64,000 nucleotides of DNA from positions 68,603-132,602 of the forward strand of contig JABHZE010000001.1 of NCBI GenBank assembly GCA_018653485.1, in the 5' to 3' direction. Shown here in pieces: positions 55,039 through 64,000 of this stretch. Origin of the DNA: an archaeon (GTDB taxonomy: Archaea; Nanobdellota; Nanobdellia; Pacearchaeales; GW2011-AR1). The first letter of the stretch is position 1; the number at the start of each line of letters is the position of its first letter. The position numbers and the translations under genes were made by a program. Below the pieces are notes generated by a model. That model did no database searches, was not told the DNA's origin, and saw nothing but the letters and a program-made list of their open reading frames with translations.

Positions 55039-56733
55039 ATGAAAATACTATCATTACATTGTGATTATATCAAGTTTAAACCTTTGAAAAAAGCTTTAAA
55101 ATCACCAGAAGAATTATCTGAAAAAAGAAAAAAAGAAATAGAAGTAAAAGAACCTTTAGTTATTATGATTGCAGTTGAAAAAACTGATGAGAATAATCCT
55201 AATTTAATTACAGATGTGATTAAAGAAATTAAAGATCTTGCAAAAAAAGTAAATGCAAAGAACATTGTTCTTTATCCTTATGCTCATTTATCACCTTCAT
55301 TAAGTAAGCCTAATTTTGCTTTAAAAACATTAGAAGAAGTAGATAAGGCATTAAACAAAGAATTCAAAATAGCAAGAGCACCATTTGGTTATTACAAAGA
55401 ATTTGAATTAAAAGTTAAAGGCCATCCTTTAAGTGAATTAAGTAGGGATATTCATTTTTCTGGAGAATTACCAGGAGAAGAGGAAGAAATAGACTATAAA
55501 AAATTATTAAAAGAGATTACAAAAACAAAATTAGATAAAACAGAACTTAAAGATAATGACCACAGAATTATTGGAAAACAAATGGACTTATTTTCCTTTA
55601 ATGAAACTGCCCCTGGAATGGTTTTCTGGCATAACAATGGGATGATTATAAGAAAACAATTAATAGAATTTTGGAGAAAAGAACATGAAAAAGCAGGGTA
55701 TCAAGAAACACTTACACCTCAAATTTTAGATAAAAAACTCTGGCAAATTTCAGGGCATTGGGACAAATATAAAGAAAATATATTTTTAACAGATTATGAA
55801 AAAAGAGAATTTGCAGTTAAACCAATGAATTGTCCTGGGGGAATTTTAATTTTTAAAAACACACCTAAATCTTACAAGGATTTACCAATAAGAACAGCAG
55901 AATTAGGAATAGTCCATAGGCAAGAATTATCAGGAGTTTTAGGAGGATTATTTAGAGTAATACAATTTACACAAGATGATGCTCATATTTATTGTACTGA
56001 AAAACAATTAGAACAAGAAATAATAAACATCATAGAATTAATTGACAAGTTTTACAAATTATTTAAATTTGAATACTCAGTAGAATTATCTACTCGCCCT
56101 GAAAAAAGAATTGGACAAGAAAAAGTATGGGACAAGGCAGAATCAGCATTAGAAAAAGTATTAAAGAAAAAGAAAATGAAATTTAAAATAAACAAAGGAG
56201 ATGGAGCATTCTATGGTCCTAAAATTGATTTCCATATTAAAGATTCATTAAAAAGAACATGGCAATTAGCAACAATTCAATTAGATTTTGCAATGCCTGA
56301 AAGATTTGATATAACTTATAAAGATAATAAAGATAAATTAAAAAGACCTATTATGCTTCATAGAGTAATTTATGGTTCTTTAGAAAGATTTATTGGAATC
56401 CTCCTAGAGCATACAAATGGAAGACTTCCATTATGGCTTGCCCCAAAACAAATAAGAGTTATCAACTTTACAGACAGAAACAATAAAGCATGTGAAAAAT
56501 TAAATCAAGAATTAAAAGAAAAAGAATTTAGAACAGACTTAGATTTAAACCAAGAACCTATTGGTGGAAAAATAAAACAAGCAGAAATAGAAAAGATTCC
56601 ATATATTGTAACAATTGGAGATAGAGAAGAAAAAGCAAACACATTAGCAGTTAGAAATAAAGGTAAAGTTACAACAATAAATAGAGATGAATTTATTGAA
56701 ATGATTACAAAAGAAGTTGAAGAAATGAAATAA
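55039..56733 (+). CDS. thrS: Threonyl-tRNA synthetase, archaeal type with an N-terminal editing domain
   Basis: 564 aa. N-terminus MKILSLHCDYIKFKPLKKALKSPEE is the archaeal ThrRS editing-domain signature. Class II core: FWHNNGMIIRKQL, KPMNCPG, FRVIQFTQDDAHIYC, GAFYGPKIDF. An anticodon-binding region follows. Confidence 0.85.
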   Translation: MKILSLHCDYIKFKPLKKALKSPEELSEKRKKEIEVKEPLVIMIAVEKTDENNPNLITDVIKEIKDLAKKVNAKNIVLYPYAHLSPSLSKPNFALKTLEEVDKALNKEFKIARAPFGYYKEFELKVKGHPLSELSRDIHFSGELPGEEEEIDYKKLLKEITKTKLDKTELKDNDHRIIGKQMDLFSFNETAPGMVFWHNNGMIIRKQLIEFWRKEHEKAGYQETLTPQILDKKLWQISGHWDKYKENIFLTDYEKREFAVKPMNCPGGILIFKNTPKSYKDLPIRTAELGIVHRQELSGVLGGLFRVIQFTQDDAHIYCTEKQLEQEIINIIELIDKFYKLFKFEYSVELSTRPEKRIGQEKVWDKAESALEKVLKKKKMKFKINKGDGAFYGPKIDFHIKDSLKRTWQLATIQLDFAMPERFDITYKDNKDKLKRPIMLHRVIYGSLERFIGILLEHTNGRLPLWLAPKQIRVINFTDRNNKACEKLNQELKEKEFRTDLDLNQEPIGGKIKQAEIEKIPYIVTIGDREEKANTLAVRNKGKVTTINRDEFIEMITKEVEEMK

Positions 56734-56777
56734 AACTCAACAACAATATTTATAAATTTAAAATCTTCTTCTAAAAC

Positions 56778-57278
56778 ATGAACTTTAAAGAAACCCATGA
56801 AATTATTGAATCATCAAATGCATTTCAGAATTTTAAAAAACAATATCCTGATGCAGAATTATGTGTTGGATTTTTCATAAGAGATTTTGTGACAGATGAA
56901 GAAAGAAATTCTTTAGATTATAAAACAGAAGATAAAATATTTACATTTGATATAAAAGACAATAATGAAATTTTACAAAAAGAAGATAAATTAATTGATG
57001 AAGGAAATCACCCTCAATTAAAATCAATTAAACCAGAAGTAAAAATAGAAGTAGATGAATTAAAAGGACTTACAGGAACACAAGCATTAGATCACGGAAT
57101 TTCTGCGAAATTCCATAAAATTATCGCAGTCTTACAAAACCATGAAGACAAACAAGTCTGGAATCTTACTTGTATGTTAGAAAACTTAATTATTCTTCAC
57201 ATTTTAATGGATTCAGAAACAGGCGAAATAATTAAGTTTGAAAGAAAATCAATGATGGATATGATTAAGAAAAAATAA
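56778..57278 (+). CDS. Hypothetical protein
   Basis: 166-aa ORF. No motif recognised. Confidence 0.5.
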   Translation: MNFKETHEIIESSNAFQNFKKQYPDAELCVGFFIRDFVTDEERNSLDYKTEDKIFTFDIKDNNEILQKEDKLIDEGNHPQLKSIKPEVKIEVDELKGLTGTQALDHGISAKFHKIIAVLQNHEDKQVWNLTCMLENLIILHILMDSETGEIIKFERKSMMDMIKKK

Positions 57279-57279
57279 C

Positions 57280-57792
57280 TTACAATCTTCTTCTTTTATC
57301 ACTACCTGCGCCTTTTACAGATTCATATTTCTCATCCTCTATATTTGCTTCAGGATAAGGAGATTTAAATCCTCCAACACCCTCATTACCTCCAACCATT
57401 CCGCGATTAAATTGTTGAGGCGTAGAAGAAAAATCAGATTTTAAAACAGGAGCACTAGCAGGTTGAGGACGAGGAACATAACTTTCAGCAGAAGCATAAT
57501 CAACATCATCTCTATTAGCAACATTTGAAGCACTAGGAGAACTAACCTCTCCTTGTTGAGCAACAGGAACATTCTCACTTTGTTCTAAGGAAACATTTGA
57601 AACAGAACTCACTCTTCTAGGATAACTCCCTCTATTCTCAATCATATTTTCTAAGGCATCTTCCGTGCCTTCAGAACTCGGTTCTGAAATACCTTCATCA
57701 TCAGCATTTTCCACCAATTCTGATTCCTCAGAACTTATTCCATTATCTTCTTCTAAACCTTCTTCAATTTCCTCAATTACATCTTCTTCCAT
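57280..57792 (-). CDS. Acidic, likely disordered protein
   Basis: 170-aa E/S/D-rich ORF ending in KRRRL. Confidence 0.45.
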   Translation of the reverse strand: MEEDVIEEIEEGLEEDNGISSEESELVENADDEGISEPSSEGTEDALENMIENRGSYPRRVSSVSNVSLEQSENVPVAQQGEVSSPSASNVANRDDVDYASAESYVPRPQPASAPVLKSDFSSTPQQFNRGMVGGNEGVGGFKSPYPEANIEDEKYESVKGAGSDKRRRL

Positions 57793-57830
57793 TTTTTTAT
57801 AAGTAATAATTTATTAGCATTTCCCCTCAA

Positions 57831-59279
57831 CTAAAACCCAAAAAAATCCTCTGCAGGAGTTTTAGGGGCACTAGCCACAGCATCTTTTGTAAAAGGGAAT
57901 GAAGCCATCCCATGCCCTTTCTTGTAAATATCATAAACAGTAAAACAATTATTAATAGCACCTGCTTCTGCAAGACTTCTTAAAAATTTCTCAGGATAGC
58001 TATCTTTCTTAGCACCTTTTTTTAATAACTTCTCCTTTTTCTCTTTATCCTTATCTTTTTTAGATTTTATAGGAAGTTTAAAACCACTAAACAAAGCTGA
58101 AAAAGGATTAACATCTTTTTCTTTCTCTTTCTTTTCTTCACCTAAAAACTCATCAATATCTAATTGTATTTGCCCTAATGAATCATCTGTCATTCCTTGA
58201 ACTAATTTTAATGCAGAATTTAAATCAGAATCATCTAATTTTTCCTTAAATAAAGTTAACTCATCTTCATTTAATGCATATGATTTAAAATTAGCCTCTA
58301 CTCTCCCACCAAAAACATAATGTTGTCCAGCCTTACTAGGAATCCCTCTAAATTTAAAATCAACAATTACCACAGAATAATAAGGCCTCATTTTTTTCTG
58401 AATTTTCTTAAAATCTGCAGGTAAATCCTTACTAATAATCGAAGGTTCAACTTTAACAACACCCTTCCCCATAATACTTAACTCTAACATAATTGTATTA
58501 AATACAGTAACTAATGCAGGATTACTTCCAAGTTTCTCACTTGCAGATAATTGTTCGGCAGCCTTAAGATAAGGTTTTGCCCATCTTGAATTTAATCTCA
58601 AAGCTTCAACTTGACTCTTAAGATAAGTCTTTTCAATTTCAAATCTTTTTTTCAATTCTTGTTCACTTCTTTTTCTCCATTCAAAAAATTCTTGTATACG
58701 TGGTTTTAATATTCTTTTAACTCTTTCATTAAAATCCATTTTATCTACATCCTTTGGACTTTTTGCAATCATAAATGCATCTCTTAAAGTTACAAATTGT
58801 AAATTCCCAGAAGCCATTGCATTAATACTTCCTTGTCCTCTTTGAATATCAACCTTATCCATCCAAATTTGTTTTAATGCTAATAAACCTGCTTCAGCAG
58901 TAGATTTATCTTTTGAATTAGCATCCTCATATTGAGCTAATCTTATTTTAAATTCTTTTAAATCATAAATTAAATTTAAAACTCCCTTCAAGATAGTATT
59001 AACAGTTGCTAAAACTCTAGAAGCTTCTTGTTGCATTTGACTCATTTTTTGTCCTAATTCAGAAAAATGTCCACTTCCAGGAGAAGATGCAAAATTATCA
59101 ATTATTTTTTCCACACTACCTCCAAACATATTATTCATAAAATCTAATATCCAAAAATACACAGGCTCTAATCCCTCAGACGCAGAATCATAAACAATCT
59201 GATGTTCAGAAGACGGTGCTCCATCTTTTCCACGATAATAAGGACTTACCTCTGCAATTAAATTTTCAATTTCACCCAT
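57831..59279 (-). CDS. Large helical hypothetical protein
   Basis: About 482-aa ORF from the first ATG at 59279 (the track start at 59285 is TTG). Long predicted helical/coiled segments and a Lys-rich linker (KSKKDKDKEKKEKLLKKGAKK). Confidence 0.55.
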   Translation of the reverse strand: MGEIENLIAEVSPYYRGKDGAPSSEHQIVYDSASEGLEPVYFWILDFMNNMFGGSVEKIIDNFASSPGSGHFSELGQKMSQMQQEASRVLATVNTILKGVLNLIYDLKEFKIRLAQYEDANSKDKSTAEAGLLALKQIWMDKVDIQRGQGSINAMASGNLQFVTLRDAFMIAKSPKDVDKMDFNERVKRILKPRIQEFFEWRKRSEQELKKRFEIEKTYLKSQVEALRLNSRWAKPYLKAAEQLSASEKLGSNPALVTVFNTIMLELSIMGKGVVKVEPSIISKDLPADFKKIQKKMRPYYSVVIVDFKFRGIPSKAGQHYVFGGRVEANFKSYALNEDELTLFKEKLDDSDLNSALKLVQGMTDDSLGQIQLDIDEFLGEEKKEKEKDVNPFSALFSGFKLPIKSKKDKDKEKKEKLLKKGAKKDSYPEKFLRSLAEAGAINNCFTVYDIYKKGHGMASFPFTKDAVASAPKTPAEDFFGF

Positions 59280-59413
59280 TTTCAATATTGATAAACTATC
59301 GTTATATCAATTATACCAAGATTATTTTCTTTTTAAATTTTGGTGTTGTTAAATCGCCCCACAAAAACTATATAAATTAAAATAACCTTTAAAGACTATA
59401 AAAGACAATCAAC

Positions 59414-61243
59414 ATGGCTAGTACAGAATCTATTTATAATGGGGCAGACAATTTTCTTATTCCTAGTTATTATAATTCTACAGAACAACAAGTACCAATA
59501 AGTGAATTAGGTATGTCTGTTGACCCAAGAACAGCCAATCAATTAAGTGAAATAAATCACAAAGCTAATTCAGGTTTAAAACATATTGAAGTTCAAGGAA
59601 TATCAGGAGATGTATGGGAATCAGTTCCAGAAGAACATATAGATGAAATGAGAAGAGTAATGAAAGCAATGGGTAGTTCAGCCTCATTCCATGGCCCTTT
59701 AGTTGAAGCATCAGGAGTTTCATTACAAGGTGGAAGAGGATTTGATGAAGAACAAAGATTAGGTGCTGAAAGACAATTAGAATCTGCAGCATTAAGGGCA
59801 AATAGATTAGATAAAAATGGAAATATTTCAGTAACAGTTCATTCAACAGCACAACTTCCAGATATGGAACCTCATATAAAAACAAGAGATGGTGAAGAAG
59901 AATTAACAGGTTTTTTTGTAATTGATCCAGAAACAGGAAGATTAGGTTCATTACCTCCTGAAAAAACTTATTTTCCAGAAAAAGGAAAATTTGAACCAGA
60001 AAAAAAAGAAAAATTTGTAGGACAAAATGCAATAAATAAATTAAATAATGACCAATGGACAGAACAATTATCAGGAGTAAATAGGTATGCCACAGAAGGA
60101 AATAGAGTTTTGGATCATTTAAAAAAACAAATTCCAGAAAAAGTTCTTAATCAACTTGCAAGTGGAGTAGATTATTCTAAATTAAGAGAAGAAGATGAAG
60201 AACTGAAAAGTGCTCTTAAAATGGCTGAAACAGAATTAAATCACGGACAGATTTATTTAAGAGATTCTTATAGAAACCTTAAAGGTTTATTTGATAAAGC
60301 CTGGACAGGAACAGAAGCAGGTTCAGCAGATAGAAAAAAATTAAGAGAATTTGCAGAATATGCTGAAAACAATGTTGATGAAAAAATTGAAAATGATTTA
60401 ACAAGAACCCAGGCATTAGGAGAAGTTGTTGAAAAAGGACTTAAAACATTAAATGAATTAGATGCAACTCCTCAAACATTTAAACCATTAAAAGAATTTG
60501 TTGTAGACAAAACAGCAGAAACTTTTAGTAATGTTGCACATTCAGGATATAAAAAATATGGAGAAAAAGCTCCAGTAATTAATATTGAAAACCCCCCTGC
60601 AGGAGGAGGTTTAAGCAGAGCAGAAGATTTAAAGAGTTTAGTAAAAGAAACAAGAAAAAAACTTGCAGAAAATCTTGCAAATGATAAAAAATTAAATCTA
60701 TCTAAAGGACAAGCAAAAAAACAAGCAGAAAAAATGGTTGGAGCTACTTGGGATGTAGGACATATTAACATGATTAGAAAAAAAGGTTATTCAGAAAAAG
60801 ATGTTATTAAAGAAACTGAAATAATAGCGCCTTATGTAAAACATGTTCATCTTTCAGATAATTTTGGTTTAGACCATACCGAACTTCCAATGGGAATGGG
60901 TAATGTTCCATTTAAAGAAATAATGGGCAAGCTAGGAGAAAAAGGTTTTGAAGGAAAGAAAATTATTGAAGCAGGAAACTGGTGGCAACATTTTGCAGAA
61001 AGAGGTGGAGGAAGTCCTTTTAGAGCTTCAATTGAAGGAATGGATTCTCCAATTTATGCAATGGGTCAATCACCTTATTGGAGTCAAGTAGGAGGTGTCC
61101 CAGGATATTATTCAGGACATGGCGCAGTAAATCCAGCTGTTCATCATTCAATGTATGGTGCAGGATTTCAAGCACTTCCATTAGAATTAGGTGGAGAAAT
61201 GCCAGGACAGCAAAGCAGATTTGCTGGCACTCCTAATCAATGA
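59414..61243 (+). CDS. Xylose-isomerase-like (AP endonuclease 2 family) TIM-barrel protein split by a ~270-aa charged insertion
   Basis: 609 aa. The N-terminal strands (KHIEVQG, SFHGP, ISVTVHS) and the C-terminal WDVGHIN...VKHVHLSDNFGLDHTELPMGMGNVPFKEI...KIIEAG match the metal-binding H/D/E pattern of this fold. Confidence 0.5.
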   Translation: MASTESIYNGADNFLIPSYYNSTEQQVPISELGMSVDPRTANQLSEINHKANSGLKHIEVQGISGDVWESVPEEHIDEMRRVMKAMGSSASFHGPLVEASGVSLQGGRGFDEEQRLGAERQLESAALRANRLDKNGNISVTVHSTAQLPDMEPHIKTRDGEEELTGFFVIDPETGRLGSLPPEKTYFPEKGKFEPEKKEKFVGQNAINKLNNDQWTEQLSGVNRYATEGNRVLDHLKKQIPEKVLNQLASGVDYSKLREEDEELKSALKMAETELNHGQIYLRDSYRNLKGLFDKAWTGTEAGSADRKKLREFAEYAENNVDEKIENDLTRTQALGEVVEKGLKTLNELDATPQTFKPLKEFVVDKTAETFSNVAHSGYKKYGEKAPVINIENPPAGGGLSRAEDLKSLVKETRKKLAENLANDKKLNLSKGQAKKQAEKMVGATWDVGHINMIRKKGYSEKDVIKETEIIAPYVKHVHLSDNFGLDHTELPMGMGNVPFKEIMGKLGEKGFEGKKIIEAGNWWQHFAERGGGSPFRASIEGMDSPIYAMGQSPYWSQVGGVPGYYSGHGAVNPAVHHSMYGAGFQALPLELGGEMPGQQSRFAGTPNQ

Positions 61244-61328
61244 AATTGATTAGTGAATACCAATACTCCTAATCAATAATAAATTCAAACAACAAACTTA
61301 AAAACACACGATTACTAATAATAAAAAG

Positions 61329-62180
61329 ATGGTGATAGAAAAAACAACTGAAAAGAAAGGGGAATCTAAAAAACCTTCTAAAGCAGATTCTAAAAAATAT
61401 CCTACTCTTAAAATAAAAACAGATAGAGAAATTGCAACAGATTTTGCAGAAAAAGTTTATAAGAAATTTGACAGATTAATTAAATCAATTGTTTTGTTTG
61501 GTTCTTCTATGAAAGGCACTAAAAAAACAGGATCAGATATAGACATAATTCTTATTATTGATGATGCAACAATAAAATTTGACCAAAAATTAATTTTATG
61601 GTATAGAGAAAATTTAGCAAAAATAATTAAATCAAATCCTTACAAAAAAGATTTACATATTAACACTGTTAAATTATCAACTTGGTGGGAAGATTTAGTT
61701 AGAGGAGACCCAACAGTTGTAAATATAATCAGATATGGAGATTCAATAATCGATTTTGGAGGATTTTTTGAACCCTTAAAAATATTATTACAAGAAGGAA
61801 AAATAAGAGTAACACCTGAGGCAATGTACACAATGCTTAACAGAGTTCCAATGCATATTACTCGAAGTAAATTAGCAGAAATAAGTTCAATAGAAGGTTG
61901 TTATTGGGCAATGCTTGAGACAGCTCAAGCATTATTAATGTCAATTAATGTAATGCCCCCATCACCAGAACATGTAGCATTACTATTAAAACAACATTTT
62001 GTAGACAAAAAACTTTTAAAATTAAATTATGTCACAGACCTAAATAATGTTTACCAACTTCATAGAAAAATAGTTCACGGAGATGTTACAGATTTAGATG
62101 GAAAAACTATTGACATATATCAAGAGAAAGCAGATAGATTCTTTAAAATTTGTTTAAAACTAATTAATGAAATAATTTAA
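61329..62180 (+). CDS. Minimal nucleotidyltransferase domain fused to a HEPN-like helical domain
   Basis: 283 aa. LFGSSMKGTKKTGSDIDIILII is the G-S-x(n)-D-x-D NTase motif. The C-terminal EGCYWAMLETAQALLMSINVMPPSPEHVALLLKQHF is HEPN-like, but I see no clear R-x4-6-H. Confidence 0.55.
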   Translation: MVIEKTTEKKGESKKPSKADSKKYPTLKIKTDREIATDFAEKVYKKFDRLIKSIVLFGSSMKGTKKTGSDIDIILIIDDATIKFDQKLILWYRENLAKIIKSNPYKKDLHINTVKLSTWWEDLVRGDPTVVNIIRYGDSIIDFGGFFEPLKILLQEGKIRVTPEAMYTMLNRVPMHITRSKLAEISSIEGCYWAMLETAQALLMSINVMPPSPEHVALLLKQHFVDKKLLKLNYVTDLNNVYQLHRKIVHGDVTDLDGKTIDIYQEKADRFFKICLKLINEII

Positions 62181-62929
62181 GCAGCAGTACTTGCTTGATC
62201 TTCATAATCAGGTTTTAATAATAATTCATAAAATCCAAGAGCATTATCTTCTCCAACTAATTCAACCATATAATCTCTACCTTTTTCTTTAAAAGCTTTT
62301 TCAAAATTTTCCATTTTATCTTTAGCCCCTCTTTGATATTTCATAACAGCTAATTGATCATCATGTTTCAAAAATTCAATTATAAGACTTAATAATTCAG
62401 GATTATCTTTGTAAGCTTCTTGATATTGAGCAGCAACTTCTTTCATTACACCTTCAAGAATTTGCTTTTTTTGTTCAGGCGCAACTTTATCACTATTCAA
62501 AGCACCTAATATTTGTGTAACATTATTAACATCCGCATGTAATTCAGCAAGTGCCTTATAACTTCCATCATAATCTTTTGGAGGTTGAACATATTCTAAA
62601 GCTCTTGCAATTCTATCATCAGGAGCACTTTTAACAATACCCTCCAAGTTATCTTTATGCCCTGCAAATTCTTTTTTAGCAGACTCAAGACCCATTGCAA
62701 CAGCCGGAAACATAATATAATTATTACCTTGATTATCTGGAGAATTTATTCTTGCAATTAAATCTTTTTTGTCATCATCACTTAAGGCAGAATCAGCAAC
62801 AGCCTGACTAGCTATTTGAGGTAATTCTTGAAAATGTCCTCCTTGTTGAACAGTTTGAACAATTTTATCATAAAAATTAACTTTAGCAAAATCTTTTCTC
62901 ATTTCATCATATGCATTTGTTTTAACCAT
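62177..62929 (-). CDS. Hypothetical helical protein
   Basis: About 250-aa ORF from the ATG at 62929 (MVKTNAYDE), about 25 nt below an A/T-rich TATA-like tract. The maximal ORF runs to 63001. Its 3' end overlaps 61329-62180 by 4 nt (convergent). Confidence 0.5.
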   Translation of the reverse strand: MVKTNAYDEMRKDFAKVNFYDKIVQTVQQGGHFQELPQIASQAVADSALSDDDKKDLIARINSPDNQGNNYIMFPAVAMGLESAKKEFAGHKDNLEGIVKSAPDDRIARALEYVQPPKDYDGSYKALAELHADVNNVTQILGALNSDKVAPEQKKQILEGVMKEVAAQYQEAYKDNPELLSLIIEFLKHDDQLAVMKYQRGAKDKMENFEKAFKEKGRDYMVELVGEDNALGFYELLLKPDYEDQASTAA

Positions 62930-63081
62930 TTTATTGATTTTTATATTTTTTATATTTTGTTTAAACTTTTTTAAAAGTTTATTTCCTAAGAGAACTCTCA
63001 ATCCTCTTACTATTTACATGTAAAACTACTATATAAATCTTACTATTTGTATTAACTTAGTAGAAGTAACAATATACATTA

Positions 63082-64000
63082 TTAACCCAAATTATTCTCA
63101 ACAACCCTTATAATCTTCTTCAAAGCATTATCCATAGAGACTTTTTCTATATTTTTCTTATAATTCTTAATTTTCAAAGGATTATCAATAATATCAGATA
63201 TCAACTCCTCAAATTTCTCTCTACTTTTAGTATAATACCCAATTTTATTATTATTTAAAAACAATGCATTTGCCTTTTCTTGACCAGATAAAATTCCCCA
63301 ATAAATAATAGGTATTCTTTTAGCAATTGCTTCTGCACTCACACTTCCTCCCGGCTTTCCAACTAAAATCTCTGAAATACTCATTAATTCATCAAGATTA
63401 TCAACAAAACCAAAAATTTTTACATTTTTTGAAAAATCCTGAGAACTCAATTGATTATGCAATTTCTTATTTTTCCCAGTTACTACAATCATCTGAAAAT
63501 CTTTATCAATACTTTCAAGAGAATTAACAATCTTATTAATATTCCCTAGGCCTCCGCTTCCTCCAACAATTAAAACAATTGGTTTCTTTTTATCTAATTT
63601 TAATTTTTTCAAAATCTTATTTTTATTAGATTTTTTTAAAAATTTATCATCAACAGGAATTCCAGTAACAATAACCTTATCCCCCAATTTTTTTCTATAT
63701 CTTTCATTAACAGAATCTTTAGAAACAACAAGATATTTATCAATATTATTATAAATCCAATAATCATGCATATAAAAATCAGTTACAACTCCAAAAGATT
63801 TTGTTTTTAATCCTTCTTTTTTAATCAAAGAAACAATTCCTGCACTAAATGCATAACTAGAGATTATTAAATCAGGTTTAAATTCATCAATAACTTCTTC
63901 AAACTTACTCTTAACCAACTTTCTAACAATATTAATCACCCATTTATTTAATCCTGAATTAGATTTGCCTTGATGTAAATAAGTCCATAAAAACGGAAAA
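63082..64000 (-). CDS. GT28-family glycosyltransferase (MGDG synthase/MurG-like), 5' end truncated by the window edge
   Basis: KPDLIISSYAFSAGIVS, VVTDFYMHDYWIY, VTGIPVDDKF and LIVGGSGGLG are typical of diacylglycerol glycosyltransferases. The reading frame stays open from 63939 to position 64000. Confidence 0.6.
   Translation of the reverse strand, partial: FPFLWTYLHQGKSNSGLNKWVINIVRKLVKSKFEEVIDEFKPDLIISSYAFSAGIVSLIKKEGLKTKSFGVVTDFYMHDYWIYNNIDKYLVVSKDSVNERYRKKLGDKVIVTGIPVDDKFLKKSNKNKILKKLKLDKKKPIVLIVGGSGGLGNINKIVNSLESIDKDFQMIVVTGKNKKLHNQLSSQDFSKNVKIFGFVDNLDELMSISEILVGKPGGSVSAEAIAKRIPIIYWGILSGQEKANALFLNNNKIGYYTKSREKFEELISDIIDNPLKIKNYKKNIEKVSMDNALKKIIRVVENNLG

Noticed and set aside
59565-60771. 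ORFs 59565-60032(-) and 60472-60771(-)
   Set aside because: They are antisense to the 609-aa TIM-barrel gene. The Leu/Phe-rich strings are typical of the reverse complement of K/E-rich coding sequence.
61329-62180. Active HEPN RNase in the C-terminal half of the nucleotidyltransferase fusion
   Set aside because: The only candidate (HRKIVH) has R-x3-H spacing rather than the R-x4-6-H motif. The domain is therefore described only as HEPN-like, with unknown activity.
179-63527. Remaining short ORFs: 179-448, 1409-1687, 4029-4217, 17490-17672, 18467-18679, 30447-30701, 35440-35634, 38358-38678, 40994-41206, 44720-44905, 45477-45698, 46912-47178, 51433-51636, 53069-53266, 55065-55265, 56505-56798, 61640-61831, 63327-63527
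   Set aside because: Each is nested in, or antisense to, a longer ORF with recognisable motifs or better start context, or it spans an intergenic promoter region. None has a motif or a TATA/SD signal of its own.
1-64000. Looked for rRNA, tRNA, CRISPR arrays, cas genes other than the Cas4-like nuclease, and transposases, integrases or IS termini
   Set aside because: No GC-rich cloverleaf-like islands in the intergenic spacers. No regularly spaced direct repeats with unique spacers. No DDE, serine or tyrosine recombinase motifs in any ORF. A lone Cas4-like gene without an array or cas1/cas2 is not evidence of CRISPR.

Overview
AT-rich archaeal window, probably from a DPANN-like small-genome lineage. 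Supporting evidence: an archaeal-type ThrRS with an N-terminal editing domain, an archaeal/eukaryotic-type TrpRS, a class-III (pilin-like) signal peptide, and TTTAAATA/TTTATAAA TATA boxes about 26 nt upstream of many ATGs, which implies leaderless mRNAs. I found no rRNA, tRNA, CRISPR array, transposase or integrase. Recognisable housekeeping genes are xseA/xseB, pgk, trpS, thrS, a PP-loop tRNA-thiolation-like ATPase, an MFS transporter and a partial GT28 glycosyltransferase. The main point of interest is a ~16 kb nuclease/helicase/methylase island (1.4-17.5 kb). It holds a truncated RadC, a PLD-zinc-ribbon nuclease, a DUF559-like::RecQ fusion with a coiled-coil partner, and a 1175-aa Eco57I/type IIG-like N6-adenine methyltransferase translationally coupled to a 66-aa membrane peptide. 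It also holds a tightly coupled operon of a Cas4-like Fe-S nuclease, an unknown 244-aa protein and a PLD::SNF2 fusion helicase. The gene content resembles class 1 DISARM, but no DUF1998 partner is visible and I cannot assign it to a named system. Other items: a nested-hairpin intergenic repeat family (27.9, 42.0 and degenerate 37.2 kb), a triple-hairpin intercistronic spacer, a radical SAM/SPASM enzyme with a TPR partner, and a membrane protein with a degenerate class III cyclase-like domain. There is also a pilin-like VWA protein with a Cys-rich insert, Tat-signal tandem paralogs, a RelE/ParE TA pair, many secreted or membrane ORFans, and a clear two-class base composition (~26% vs ~40% GC in hand-counted samples). 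All functional calls come from motif recognition by eye; no searches were run.
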